A stretch of 60,349 nt of DNA, counting the filler. It is 5 parts of 5 records of this genome, joined end to end, with 100 filler letters (N's around TTAATTAATTAA, not from the genome) between each part and the next. Parts side by side here need not be neighbours in the genome. Positions count along the whole stretch, not along the records: positions 25,041 to 44,664 come from SRR2962707_3504; positions 44,765 to 54,174 come from SRR2962707_3508; 3 more parts are not named here. One strand, written 5' to 3'. Shown piece by piece: positions 38,737 through 48,687 of the stretch; positions within the stretch are counted from its first letter, which is position 1, and the number at the start of each line of letters is the position of its first letter. Below the pieces are notes generated by a model. The model saw only the letters and a list, made by a program, of their open reading frames with translations. It searched no databases and was not told the origin of the DNA. The position numbers and the translations under genes were made by a program.

Positions 38737-39054
38737 ATGCCAAAAAATGACCTTCCATTGGATGAAATGGCAAAACAGTCCGCTCAAGCGGCGGCGTTTT
38801 TAAAAGCCATTAGCAATGAAAACCGCCTGATGATCCTTTGCTACTTATTGGATGAAGAGCTGTCCGTTTCAGCACTGAACAATAAACTGCCTCTTAGCCA
38901 GTCCGCCCTGTCCCAGCATTTGGCGATACTGAGAAAAGATGGCTTAGTGGAAACGCGACGCGACTCCCAGACTATTTATTACCGGATCGGCGACCCAAAA
39001 GTCATTACCCTAATCCGTACCCTGCATGATTTGTTTTGCCCTTCTCTCAACTAA
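38737..39054 (+). CDS. ArsR/SmtB family regulator (BigR/SqrR/HlyU-like)
   Basis: LKAISNENRLMILC, LSQSALSQHLA, RRDSQTIYY and LFC. Confidence 0.9.
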   Translation: MPKNDLPLDEMAKQSAQAAAFLKAISNENRLMILCYLLDEELSVSALNNKLPLSQSALSQHLAILRKDGLVETRRDSQTIYYRIGDPKVITLIRTLHDLFCPSLN

Positions 39055-39114
39055 GCGCACTGGGATTAACCAGCCCGCACTTTAAGCCTGTCCTCGCTTG
39101 AAGGGCGACGCTCT

Positions 39115-39807
39115 TTATGGGAAACGAAAGAACGCCTGTATTTTTTGAGCAAACCAAACAGGTTGCTCAAGCGGAATCATATGCCCACAGTGCTTAATAG
39201 AATGACAAGACACATTAGAATAATGCTGAAGCTGCTCACAAATATCATCGGGCAGCAGAACATCCTCTTCTCCGATGCAGAAACAACAGTCTATCGGCAG
39301 TGTACTGAGCGCAGGCCAAAGAGTCGGTCGTTCTAACGAGCTGCTCAACTGCTGAACTAACACACTTTCTCCCAAACTGGCGTCCATGCTTTGAATCAGC
39401 TCGATCAGAAAATCGCTTTTTTTATTACGCTCGCCCAGCATCGCAATCGCTTTCTTTTTAGGAATGCCGTGGTAACCCTGCTTCAGCACCCAGTTTAATG
39501 CCTGCTTACGCTGCGCTATTTCATTTTCCATCAACCCCATTGCCGCATTGGACACCACCATTAACAGCTTAATACGAGAGGGGTATTTCACCGCGAAAGC
39601 GCTCGCCAAATAGCCCCCCATGGAAAAACCCAATAGACAAATAGGCTCATCTGGTAATAACGCCGCTAAGGCGCTCACAATGCCATCAATAGAGTCTTCC
39701 ATCGGCAGCGAAATAGGCTGCAGCTTGATGTCATTTAACAATGGCTGCGTCAGTTGCCATAAGCGCTCATCGCACATGGTGCCGGGTAAACAATAAACGT
39801 TTTTCAA
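39115..39807 (-). CDS. Alpha/beta hydrolase
   Basis: LPGTMCD, GFSMGG and CGHMIPLE; TTG start after GAGG RBS. Confidence 0.85.
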   Translation of the reverse strand: MKNVYCLPGTMCDERLWQLTQPLLNDIKLQPISLPMEDSIDGIVSALAALLPDEPICLLGFSMGGYLASAFAVKYPSRIKLLMVVSNAAMGLMENEIAQRKQALNWVLKQGYHGIPKKKAIAMLGERNKKSDFLIELIQSMDASLGESVLVQQLSSSLERPTLWPALSTLPIDCCFCIGEEDVLLPDDICEQLQHYSNVSCHSIKHCGHMIPLEQPVWFAQKIQAFFRFP

Positions 39808-39841
39808 AGAACCTCTCTTTTTTCTGTTCAAGGGTAGCTTT

Positions 39842-40723
39842 TCAAGGGGACGTCTCAGGCGTGTTGCGCACTCGTAAAAAACTGGCAAAACGAGGCACCC
39901 CTTTATTGGTGTGACCATGGTATTTGTAAGTGATGATAGCGCCAATGCTCGGAGGGTTTGCGCGCTCTGCATCCGAAAACCCAGAGCCAATTTTAAAGCG
40001 AATACCGGCTGGCGTCTCCACCAATAAGGCCCCCATTTGATTTGTGTATTTTCCTTTTCCTGGGCTGATTCCCACAACGGTTGCCTCATCGTCCATAAAA
40101 GGCTTCAACTTAAGCAAGTTGTCACTGCGTCCTCCTGAGAACATGGCGGATTTGCGATGCAGCATCAAACCTTCAGCACCACGGCGAACATATTGCTCTA
40201 GTCGCTCAGCCAGCTGTTGATTGTCTGCTAGGGTGAACTGCTCGACCGCAACCACAAAGGGCACGTTGAGCTGGGTGACAAGATGACGATACCGCCGACT
40301 GCGCTCCAAAAAGGTATGCTCGTAATCTGGCGCATCGAACACAAGGTATTGTAGCTGACGCCATTCACTATCAATAGGCGACTCTTTTGACGTGACTGAG
40401 GCAATAAACTGAAAGTCACCATGCTTTGACCAGAGCTCACCATCCAACCAGACATTCGGTAATGCCTCTGTGAACCAGCTAGGTGCGTGAATACGCTTGC
40501 CAGTGCGGCTCAATAGCTCAGAGCCTGTCCATATACCGCGTACACCATCGTACTTTTCACTGATCAAAAAGTCTGCCACTGAACCGGTATCAAGATACCG
40601 TTTTGCCAATTGCACCGCTGGCGACGCCAGGCTAGCTTGAGAAAACAACAGCACAATAAACACGACAACGAAGAATGCCTTAGATAGACACAAGCAGGAC
40701 CGCTTATTAGGTTGAATCATCAT
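39842..40723 (-). CDS. Minimal ATP-dependent DNA ligase with signal peptide (Lig E type)
   Basis: SEKYDGVR (KxDG), LDGEL, FDAP, EGLML, LLKLK and PRFASF; hydrophobic N-terminus ending ASLA. Confidence 0.9.
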   Translation of the reverse strand: MMIQPNKRSCLCLSKAFFVVVFIVLLFSQASLASPAVQLAKRYLDTGSVADFLISEKYDGVRGIWTGSELLSRTGKRIHAPSWFTEALPNVWLDGELWSKHGDFQFIASVTSKESPIDSEWRQLQYLVFDAPDYEHTFLERSRRYRHLVTQLNVPFVVAVEQFTLADNQQLAERLEQYVRRGAEGLMLHRKSAMFSGGRSDNLLKLKPFMDDEATVVGISPGKGKYTNQMGALLVETPAGIRFKIGSGFSDAERANPPSIGAIITYKYHGHTNKGVPRFASFLRVRNTPETSP

Positions 40724-40836
40724 CCACTCCTTGGATTCGAAATAATGCCTTTGGTGCGCTCCTCATCTCCCCAAACAATCCATTGTCTGAGGCGCTGTCC
40801 CTGACACTCTCAAGCGTCAAGGCACACCAACTGACG

Positions 40837-40874
40837 AAAAAAAAACTCATACCCTGTTAAGAGTATGAGCTTTT
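40837..40874 (-). terminator. Intrinsic terminator after htpG
   Basis: A9-CTCATAC...GTATGAG hairpin. Confidence 0.75.
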
Positions 40875-40907
40875 AGTGTACGACAGAGTGAGTGATTTAA
40901 CCTGTGA

Positions 40908-42836
40908 TTATTTGCTTAGCTGAACGATCAATTTGTTCATGCGATTAACAAATGTTGCTGGATCTTCAAGCTGGCCACCTTCAGACAATGTGGCTTGTTC
41001 GAACAACAACCACGCCATGTCAGAGAAACGGTCTTCATCAGATTCAGAATCCATTTTCGCGACGATTGGGTGATCTGGGTTCACTTCTAAGCTCGGCTTA
41101 GAGTCTGGCAATTGCTGACCCGCTTGCTCAAGCAAACGACGCATTTGCAAGCCCATATCATGCTCACCAACCACAAGACACGCAGGAGAACTGGTTAGAC
41201 GATCGGTGCTTTTAACATCCGCTACCTTGTCATCCAGCACTTTCTTCATGCGCTCTAGCAAAGGTTTAAGTTGCTCTGCTTTTTCTTCTTTCTCTTTCTT
41301 CGCTTCTTCACTTTCGTCTTCAGCGATATCCAGCTTACCTTTGGTCACATCTTGGAAAGATTTGCCGTCAAACTCTTGCAGAGAAGACATCATCCATTCA
41401 TCGATGCGATCGCTCAACAACAGAACTTCATAACCTTTCTTACGAAGAATCTCTAGATGAGGGCTGTTTTTCGCCGTATTGTGGCTTTCAGCGTAGATGT
41501 AGTAAATCTTATCTTGGCCTTCCGCCATGCGCTCAATGTATTCAGCCAAAGAAACCGTTTGCTCAGGCGCATCGGTTTTCGTGGTACTAAAACGAATGAG
41601 AGCGGCAATCTTATCTTTGTTGCCCATGTCATCGGCAGGACCTTCTTTGATGACATTACCAAACTCGTTCCAGAATTTTTGGTATTCTTCTGGCTCATTT
41701 TTCGCCATTTTGGCCAGCATATCCAACACACGTTTAGTCAATGCTGAACGCATAGAGTCAACCGCGTGGTCGTTCTGTAGAATTTCACGCGATACGTTCA
41801 AAGACAAATCGTTAGAATCCACCACACCTTTTACAAAACGCATGTAAGGCGGTAGGAAGGCTTCGGCTTCATCCATGATGAAAACACGTTGCACGTAGAG
41901 TTTTAGACCACGCTGCATGTCGCGGTTCCAAAGGTCATACGGTGCTTTGGATGGAATGTACAATAAGCTTGTGTATTCCAACTTACCTTCGACTTTGTTA
42001 TGTGACCATTTCAAAGGCGCTTGGTAGTCATGAGAAACGTGCTTGTAAAACTCTTCGTACTCTTCTTTGGTGACGTCGTTACGAGGACGAGTCCACAAAG
42101 CTTTTGCAGAGTTAACCGCTTCGAATTCTGGCGCTTTGGTTTCATCCAAAGGTTTTGGATTGCCCTCTTCATCCATTTCTGGATAAACCGGTTTTTCCAT
42201 TTCCACAGGAATGGAAATGTGGTCTGAATATTTAGTCACCAAAGAGCGCAGACGGAAGTTATCCGCAAAGTCTTTCTCATCGGCTTTAAGATGCAAGGTA
42301 ATGCGCGTACCGCGAGTCGCTTTCTCGATGGTTTCAATGGTGAACTCACCAGAACCATCAGACACCCAACGAACCGCTTCGTTTTCAGAAGCCCCTGCAC
42401 GGCGAGTCTCAACCGTCACTTTATCGGCAACGATGAAAGCAGAGTAAAAACCAACACCGAACTGACCAATTAGTTGACTGTCTTTCTTCTGGTCGCCACT
42501 TAGTTGCTCCAGAAAAGAAGAAGTACCAGACTTAGCGATAGTACCTAAGTTCGTAATGGCTTCTTCACGGGACATGCCCACACCGTTATCATCAATAACC
42601 ACTGTGTTCGTGTCTTTATCAAATTCAATGCGAACGCGTAGGTTTGGGTCTTCAGCGAGAAGGTCTGCGTTAGCGACAGACTCAAAGCGAAGCTTGTCTA
42701 CTGCGTCGGACGCATTAGAAATCAGCTCTCTTAGAAAAATTTCTTTGTTGGAGTACAAAGAGTGGATCATCAAATGAAGTAGTTGTTTTACTTCTGTTTG
42801 GAATCCCAACGTTTCTTTTTGAGTATCAGTTGCCAT
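40908..42836 (-). CDS. htpG: Molecular chaperone HtpG (Hsp90)
   Basis: [38 protein letters not shown] and LNVSREILQ. Confidence 0.98.
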   Translation of the reverse strand: MATDTQKETLGFQTEVKQLLHLMIHSLYSNKEIFLRELISNASDAVDKLRFESVANADLLAEDPNLRVRIEFDKDTNTVVIDDNGVGMSREEAITNLGTIAKSGTSSFLEQLSGDQKKDSQLIGQFGVGFYSAFIVADKVTVETRRAGASENEAVRWVSDGSGEFTIETIEKATRGTRITLHLKADEKDFADNFRLRSLVTKYSDHISIPVEMEKPVYPEMDEEGNPKPLDETKAPEFEAVNSAKALWTRPRNDVTKEEYEEFYKHVSHDYQAPLKWSHNKVEGKLEYTSLLYIPSKAPYDLWNRDMQRGLKLYVQRVFIMDEAEAFLPPYMRFVKGVVDSNDLSLNVSREILQNDHAVDSMRSALTKRVLDMLAKMAKNEPEEYQKFWNEFGNVIKEGPADDMGNKDKIAALIRFSTTKTDAPEQTVSLAEYIERMAEGQDKIYYIYAESHNTAKNSPHLEILRKKGYEVLLLSDRIDEWMMSSLQEFDGKSFQDVTKGKLDIAEDESEEAKKEKEEKAEQLKPLLERMKKVLDDKVADVKSTDRLTSSPACLVVGEHDMGLQMRRLLEQAGQQLPDSKPSLEVNPDHPIVAKMDSESDEDRFSDMAWLLFEQATLSEGGQLEDPATFVNRMNKLIVQLSK

Positions 42837-42909
42837 GTTATAGCTTGCTCCTATTTGAATGAACCCTTAGACAAAGCCAAGGGTGTATTTCTTAATACTT
42901 GTGCCTTCT

Positions 42910-42941
42910 AGATAAAGCCTCTTGAACAGATTTCAAGAGGC
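42910..42941 (-). promoter_or_regulatory. Candidate sigma-32 promoter of htpG inside a 10-bp palindrome
   Basis: Minus strand CTTGAAA-13nt-CTTTATCT; inverted repeat GCCTCTTGAA/TTCAAGAGGC. Confidence 0.5.
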
Positions 42942-43024
42942 GTATTTATAAAAAAGAAGAAGAAAACACAAAAAATTCAGATACATGAGCCAATTAACGA
43001 GCAAAAAGGAGGGCCATAAGAGGA

Positions 43025-43726
43025 TTAGGTGTTTTTTCGTACTAACGTTAAACCATCGCCAATTGGAATCAATGACAGCTCAACGTCCTTATCTTGATGA
43101 ATGGTTTTGTTCAACTCTCGAACCACGCAAGTGTCTTTGTCATCAAATGCGTCATCCGCCACATTTCCCCACCACAAGGTATTATCAATCAACAGACAAC
43201 CTCCTGGTCGCAGCAATTGTTTCGCCAAATGATAGTAAGCGAGCAAATTCTTTTTATCGGCATCGATAAAGATAAAGTCAAAGGTGCCCGCTTCATCGAG
43301 CAATGACTCAAGCACTGGTAACGCCTTATCACAATAGGTTGTGACGCGGTCTAGCACCCCCGCCTCGTCAAGATAGCGGGACGCGATGTCCAACCACATT
43401 TGTTTCTTTTCAATCGCAACCAAGGTGGCGTTGGTCGGCATCGCCATCGCCATCGATAAGGTGCTGTAGCCGGTGAAGACGCCAATTTCCAATAGTTTCT
43501 TCGGCGCTTGCAGCTTCACCAGCAAACTCAATAACTGCCCAACTTCAGGCGAAAGTTGCATTCTCGCCATATGATATTGCGCAGTTTCACGTCGTAAGGC
43601 TTTTAATATATCGCTCTCACGGACTGAGACATCGACTAAATATTGATACAACCTATCATCCACCTTAACGGTGCGATTGGTTGGATTATCATGATCAGGT
43701 AACGGTTTAGGAAAATTAGGAAGCAT
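43025..43726 (-). CDS. SAM-dependent O-methyltransferase (CCoAOMT/COMT family)
   Basis: LEIGVFTGYS, FDFIFIDADK, IDNTLWWG and PIGDGL. Confidence 0.9.
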   Translation of the reverse strand: MLPNFPKPLPDHDNPTNRTVKVDDRLYQYLVDVSVRESDILKALRRETAQYHMARMQLSPEVGQLLSLLVKLQAPKKLLEIGVFTGYSTLSMAMAMPTNATLVAIEKKQMWLDIASRYLDEAGVLDRVTTYCDKALPVLESLLDEAGTFDFIFIDADKKNLLAYYHLAKQLLRPGGCLLIDNTLWWGNVADDAFDDKDTCVVRELNKTIHQDKDVELSLIPIGDGLTLVRKNT

Positions 43727-44447
43727 GAGACTTAATAACGAGCCCTCGACTCAATGTTTTAAAGGTTTTAGATCTAAACTCGCGACGGTACAACACAGCC
43801 ACAACCGTAATGCTCGCCGCCATACAAAAATAAGGCCCTAGGAACCAAGCGCAAAATGCCATGGCAAAATAATACGCTCGCAAACCATAGTTGAATTGGT
43901 TGGCCGCCAAACTGCAAATTTGCGCCATGTGCATGGCATAAAGCTCTCGCTCACTGTCTTCGATGCCTCGTTCTGTGGCCAGAGGGGCACTGCCAACCAA
44001 GACGGAACAAAAATTGTATTGTCGAACCGACCAAGTAAAGGTGAAAAAGGCATAGGCAAAAATCAACACCAGCACAATGATTTTAAGCTCCCACTCTTGA
44101 CGACTACTGGGCGACATCAAATAAAAATCGGATAACACCTCAAGCGCCTCGCTAGAATACTTAAAGCCTGCAAACAAACCCGCAATAATAAGCAATGAAC
44201 TGGAGGCAAAAAACAAACTGCTTCGTTCTAGATTCGCCATAACGGACGCGTCGGCAATGCGGTTATCTCGTCTTAACAAACGTGACATCCACGCCAAACG
44301 AAATTGGTGCAATACGCTAACAAGGCAAGAACGTCGTTTGGAGTTATAAGTGGCATAAAAAGCATACCCCCCCCAACAAAGAACAAAAACAAATAAGGTA
44401 GCAAGATCAAGAGGATCAAGAAGCGAAGAGACGGAGCGGCTTTCCAT
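43716..44447 (-). CDS. DUF599 family membrane protein
   Basis: R..WM, RIAD, FFASS, AFFTF.WS.R and FNYGLRAYYF. Confidence 0.85.
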   Translation of the reverse strand: MESRSVSSLLDPLDLATLFVFVLCWGGYAFYATYNSKRRSCLVSVLHQFRLAWMSRLLRRDNRIADASVMANLERSSLFFASSSLLIIAGLFAGFKYSSEALEVLSDFYLMSPSSRQEWELKIIVLVLIFAYAFFTFTWSVRQYNFCSVLVGSAPLATERGIEDSERELYAMHMAQICSLAANQFNYGLRAYYFAMAFCAWFLGPYFCMAASITVVAVLYRREFRSKTFKTLSRGLVIKSHAS

Positions 44448-44581
44448 TTTGGAACTCTTTCAGCAGACGATTTAAAAGGAGGTCTTCATTAAATCACTTT
44501 TCACCCTCTTTGTCCTAGTTACTGCGAGCAAAAATAGAAAAGATAAAAGCCAACTATTATTCTCGAAAAAACAAAAAAGTC

Positions 44582-44618
44582 TTGCATAGTCGCTAGATAT
44601 ACGTATTATGCACGCGTC
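44582..44618 (+). promoter_or_regulatory. Sigma-70 stable-RNA-type promoter
   Basis: TTGCAT-16nt-TATTAT followed by the GC-rich discriminator GCACGCGTC, just upstream of the tRNA. Confidence 0.7.
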
Positions 44619-44628
44619 AACACGACAT

Positions 44629-44664
44629 GCGGATGTGGTGGAATTGGTAGACACGCTGGATTTA
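44629..44664 (+). tRNA. tRNA-Leu 5' half (probably anticodon TAG), cut by the contig end
   Basis: GCGGATGTGGTGGAATTGGTAGACACGCTGGATTTA: acceptor arm, Leu-type D-arm GGTAGAC, anticodon stem and the start of the loop. Confidence 0.85.
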
Positions 44665-44764
44665 NNNNNNNNNNNNNNNNNNNNNNNNNNNNNNNNNNNN
44701 NNNNNNNNTTAATTAATTAANNNNNNNNNNNNNNNNNNNNNNNNNNNNNNNNNNNNNNNNNNNN
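44665..44764. other. Artificial contig spacer
   Basis: N44-TTAATTAATTAA-N44. Confidence 0.98.
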
Positions 44765-45659
44765 TAATATTTTCATTTTTTCGATTAAAGCCTTCAATAC
44801 CTTGTAGTCCACCTGTGTGTAATAGTACTATTTCAAGATTTTTTTCAAATTTATTGCATTTAATCATATCCCAAACGCCGAAGAAGCTCTTTCCTGTATA
44901 AATGGGGTCCAGTTGGATGTCGAAGTATTCTTTAAACCAGTTGATAAAATCGATTAACTCCTTCGTGGTTTTCCCATATCCACCAAAATGATAATCCTTT
45001 ATGACGGAGTAATTAGGCTTATCAATGTCAAATCTTGAAAAGAGCTCCCCTAATTCCTTATCAATAAAATCACCTTTTAAACTGCTGATTCCCAAAACTT
45101 TCTGATGTTGTTTAATACCTGACAACAGTCCGCAAAATGTTCCCCCCGTACCAATAGGACAGGATATGATATCAAAGTCCAATTTGATTTCTTCAACCAA
45201 CTCACAGCATCCCTCAATGGCGAGTTTATTGGTCCCTCCTTCAGGCAAAAAATAGAACTCGCCATACATTTCTACTATTATATCAGGGAATTCCCTAAAC
45301 TTCCGATATTGGTCGCGACTCACAAAAACGAACTCCATTCCATGATTGGAGGCTGCTCTGAGTGTTTCGTTACTGGTTGTAGATAGTTCTTCCCCTCGTA
45401 TTATTCCAATGCTTTTCAGCCCATTTTCATCTGCCGCAGCAGCTGTAGCAGCAATGTGATTACTGTATGCACCACCGAGCGTAACAATGCCTTTCTTTTT
45501 CTGCTTTGCAACCTCTGTAAGGTTATATTTCAACTTTCTCCACTTGTTACCCATGATTTCCGGGTGGGTTAAATCATCTCTTTTTACATAGAGTTGAATC
45601 TGCTTTTCGATCAAAAGCGGATGGGAAAGTTGCTGAAGAGGTGTCGGTAGATTTGCCAT
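44765..45659 (-). CDS. ACC deaminase / D-cysteine desulfhydrase family PLP enzyme (3' end at contig edge)
   Basis: VKRDDL, GNKWRKL, GGAYSNH, PEGG, LDPIYTGK and LHTGG. Confidence 0.88.
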
Positions 45660-45676
45660 CGCTTAAATTTACATCC

Positions 45677-46699
45677 ATGACGGACGATCCAATAGAAGAA
45701 GAGGAATTGTATGAACATCACCGCATCGTTGTTGATGCTGGTCAGGAATTGCTAAGAATTGATAAATTCTTGATGGATCGGTTGCCCAACGTGACTAGGA
45801 CCAAGGTCCAGAATGGCATTAGGGATGGATTTGTGAAAGTAAATGGTGAGCCTGTCAAACCAAACTACAAAGTACACCCGGGAGACGATATCTCGATCAT
45901 GTTTCCTGAACCTCCTCGCGATGATGAAGTCAAGCCTGAAAATATCCCATTGGATATTGTGCTTGAAGATGAATATTTGTTGGTGGTGAATAAACCAGCC
46001 GGCATGGTTGTGCATCCAGCCTATCAGAATTGGTCCGGTACGTTGGTCAATGCGCTAACCTATCATTTTCAAAACCTCCCTGAGATGAAAGGAAATGATG
46101 GCCGCCCCGGACTTGTCCACCGAATAGATAAGGACACCTCGGGATTGCTGGTTATTGCCAAGACTGAACAGGCTATGAATGGCCTGGCAAAGCAATTTTT
46201 CGATCACTCTATTGAGCGCACCTACTATGCCCTGGTCTGGGGGACACCTGAGGAAGAAAAAGGAACCATTGATGTGCATGTAGGCAGAAGTTTGAAAGAC
46301 AGACGTTTGACCACCGCTTTTCCCAAAGCAGATTTTGGTAGAAATGCGATCACTCATTATGAAGTACTCAAAGATCTGAGGTATGTCTCGCTGCTGAAAT
46401 GTAATCTGGAAACAGGCCGCACACATCAGATTCGTGCTCACATGAGATATTTGGGACATCCACTTTTCAATGACGAGATGTATGGCGGTAGTGAAATCCT
46501 GAAGGGGACCGTTTTTACGAAGTACAAACAATTTGTTCAGAATTGTTTCAAGATCATGCCGCGTCAAGCGCTTCATGCAAAAACATTAGGCTTCATCCAT
46601 CCAATTACAAAAAAAGAAGTGTTTGTGGATTCAGAACTTCCGGATGACTTTAAAAATGTCATCGAAAAGTGGGAACACTACATTGACCATACTGAATAA
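45677..46699 (+). CDS. rluD: 23S rRNA pseudouridine synthase RluD (S4 + RluA family)
   Basis: RIDKFL, VNKPAGMVVHP, HRIDKDTSG, ETGRTHQIR and QALHA. Confidence 0.92.
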   Translation: MTDDPIEEEELYEHHRIVVDAGQELLRIDKFLMDRLPNVTRTKVQNGIRDGFVKVNGEPVKPNYKVHPGDDISIMFPEPPRDDEVKPENIPLDIVLEDEYLLVVNKPAGMVVHPAYQNWSGTLVNALTYHFQNLPEMKGNDGRPGLVHRIDKDTSGLLVIAKTEQAMNGLAKQFFDHSIERTYYALVWGTPEEEKGTIDVHVGRSLKDRRLTTAFPKADFGRNAITHYEVLKDLRYVSLLKCNLETGRTHQIRAHMRYLGHPLFNDEMYGGSEILKGTVFTKYKQFVQNCFKIMPRQALHAKTLGFIHPITKKEVFVDSELPDDFKNVIEKWEHYIDHTE

Positions 46700-46726
46700 A
46701 AAAGCCCTCCGAAAAGAGGGCTTCTT
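46698..46726. terminator. Terminator between convergent rluD and SulP genes
   Basis: AAGCCCTC-CGAAAA-GAGGGCTT with an A-tract. Confidence 0.8.
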
Positions 46727-46728
46727 AT

Positions 46729-48321
46729 TTACATTTCTTTGACCATTTTCTTCATTTCTTTCACCTGATTGGTGTGTATTCGGTCAAACCCTTTGATCTC
46801 CAGCTCAATATTCCTAAACTCTGCATTCTTCTTGAAATCTTCGATTATCTCAAGGATATCAGGGTGGATATAATGGGAGCGAGTGGCGTCAATCACAATG
46901 CTGGCATTATCAGGAATGTGTGCAATGGTATCGATCATGCTTGCCTTACTTAGGAAAGTGAGGTTTTCCGAAAGTTCAAGGTGCATTTTGGAGGAACCAT
47001 TTTCGGTTTCCGTTTTCACCTCATATGGTTTTTTGAAATTGTTGTAAAGAACATTGAAAATACCCACCGCTAATCCTAGCAGAATTCCAATGAGCAAGTC
47101 AGTGAATATGATACCTACTATAGTAATAATGAATGGAATGTATTCATCCCGTCCTGCAGCGAACATCTTCTTAAAAATGGATGGCTTTGCCAGCTTATAC
47201 CCCACAACGATCAGGATGGCAGCTAGACATGATAGCGGGATCAGGTTAAGAATATTTGGAATGAAGATGGCGCAAACAAGTAGCAAGACGCCATGCATGA
47301 TAGCAGAAAGTTTAGTCAGACCGCCAGACTGGATATTGGCGGAACTTCTGACAATAACTTGTGTAACTGGTAGTCCCCCAATGATACCAGAAATGGAATT
47401 TCCAACACCCTGAGCTATAAGTTCCCGATTAGTTGGAGTAATCCTTTTTTGTGGGTCAAGTTTATCAGTTGCTTCTACACACAACAGCGTTTCTAGCGAG
47501 CCAACAACGGCAATCGTCGCTCCAATAATCAGAACATCTTTCCGGAAGATGGCTGAAGGGTCGAATAAGGTAAATTGATTAAAGAACTCACCTAGTGATG
47601 CCGCCACAGGGAGTGTTACCATATGAGATTCATCCACATGAAGGGAAGTACCAGTGAAAGCTAAATTCACCAAAATACCTGTGATAACGGCAACTAATGG
47701 ACCCTGAACAACTTGAAACAGCTTGATGTTTTTCATGAATTTTTGCTCCCATAGTATCAAGATGATCATGGAAATAGCGAAGATGGTCATGGCACCATCA
47801 CTTACATAATCGAGCATGGTAAACAGTTCAGTGAAGGTATTTTCTCCATCAGCCTGGAAAAATTCGAGATCGCCTTCCGGATCCGCATCATACCCAAAAG
47901 CATGAGGGATCTGCTTTAAAATGATAATGATCCCAATGGCTGAAAGCATACCTTTGATTACTGAGGAGGGAAAGTAATAGCCAATAATCCCAGCTCTTCC
48001 AAAGCCAAGGATAACCTGGATGATACCACTCACCACGACAGCAGCTAAAAAGATCGGGTATGTCTCAAGATCCTGAATAGCACTGAGAACTATTACTGTA
48101 AGACCGGCAGCCGGGCCACTGACCCCAACGGCAGATCCACTGATAGCACCTACGATGATACCACCTACAATTCCTGAAATGATTCCCGCAAAAAGAGGCG
48201 CGCCGGAGGCAAGGGCAATACCTAAGCAAAGTGGTACGGCGACTAAAAATACGACTAAGGATGCTGACAAGTCAGTTTTGAAATTACTGAACAAGCCAAT
48301 ATTGTTGCTGTTATTTTCCAT
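46729..48321 (-). CDS. SulP/SLC26 family anion transporter
   Basis: VVFLVAVPLCLGIALASG, VSGPAAGL, NRELIAQG and VIVRSSAN; STAS-like tail. Confidence 0.92.
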   Translation of the reverse strand: MENNSNNIGLFSNFKTDLSASLVVFLVAVPLCLGIALASGAPLFAGIISGIVGGIIVGAISGSAVGVSGPAAGLTVIVLSAIQDLETYPIFLAAVVVSGIIQVILGFGRAGIIGYYFPSSVIKGMLSAIGIIIILKQIPHAFGYDADPEGDLEFFQADGENTFTELFTMLDYVSDGAMTIFAISMIILILWEQKFMKNIKLFQVVQGPLVAVITGILVNLAFTGTSLHVDESHMVTLPVAASLGEFFNQFTLFDPSAIFRKDVLIIGATIAVVGSLETLLCVEATDKLDPQKRITPTNRELIAQGVGNSISGIIGGLPVTQVIVRSSANIQSGGLTKLSAIMHGVLLLVCAIFIPNILNLIPLSCLAAILIVVGYKLAKPSIFKKMFAAGRDEYIPFIITIVGIIFTDLLIGILLGLAVGIFNVLYNNFKKPYEVKTETENGSSKMHLELSENLTFLSKASMIDTIAHIPDNASIVIDATRSHYIHPDILEIIEDFKKNAEFRNIELEIKGFDRIHTNQVKEMKKMVKEM

Positions 48322-48365
48322 TGGAGTATGTTGAGTTAGTTTTTAAGAAAGTTGATCAGAAAGTA

Positions 48366-48653
48366 TCAACCTAACTCAGGTGGAGGTGTCATATACTCGA
48401 TGGACGGTGTGTTCCAGGCAAGAATTAAATAAATGGAATGTGCGTCGTTGCTTGCATCTTCAACCTCATGAATAGCATGTGAATCAAAGAAATAGTCCTT
48501 CAATTTATCCTCTTTGCTTTCCTCTTCTTCTTCTCCATCGCTATCCATCTCCATCGCAACAACATCGCTGAAATGCCAGGAAATAGTAACCTCACCTATC
48601 GCTGTAAAGGTCAAGGTTAGAGCGAGAATACGAATGAAAAGGAGGCTTTTCAT
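48366..48653 (-). CDS. Small leader-like protein (hydrophobic N-terminus, acidic linker, C-terminal PPP)
   Basis: 95 aa; DGEEEEESKEDK, HAIHE..AH and TPPPELG; 44 nt upstream of SulP. Confidence 0.65.
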   Translation of the reverse strand: MKSLLFIRILALTLTFTAIGEVTISWHFSDVVAMEMDSDGEEEEESKEDKLKDYFFDSHAIHEVEDASNDAHSIYLILAWNTPSIEYMTPPPELG

Positions 48654-48687
48654 GGGTTTTAATAACTCTTTTCGTCAAACTTTGGTT

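Noticed and set aside
39808-40089. N-terminal extension of the alpha/beta hydrolase ORF
   Set aside because: It overlaps the ligase gene; TTG at 39807 has a good RBS and starts the fold
46055-46576. 173-aa antisense ORF, and many similar short ORFs opposite htpG, recJ, GH3, gor and SulP
   Set aside because: Shadow frames of conserved genes with no recognisable motifs
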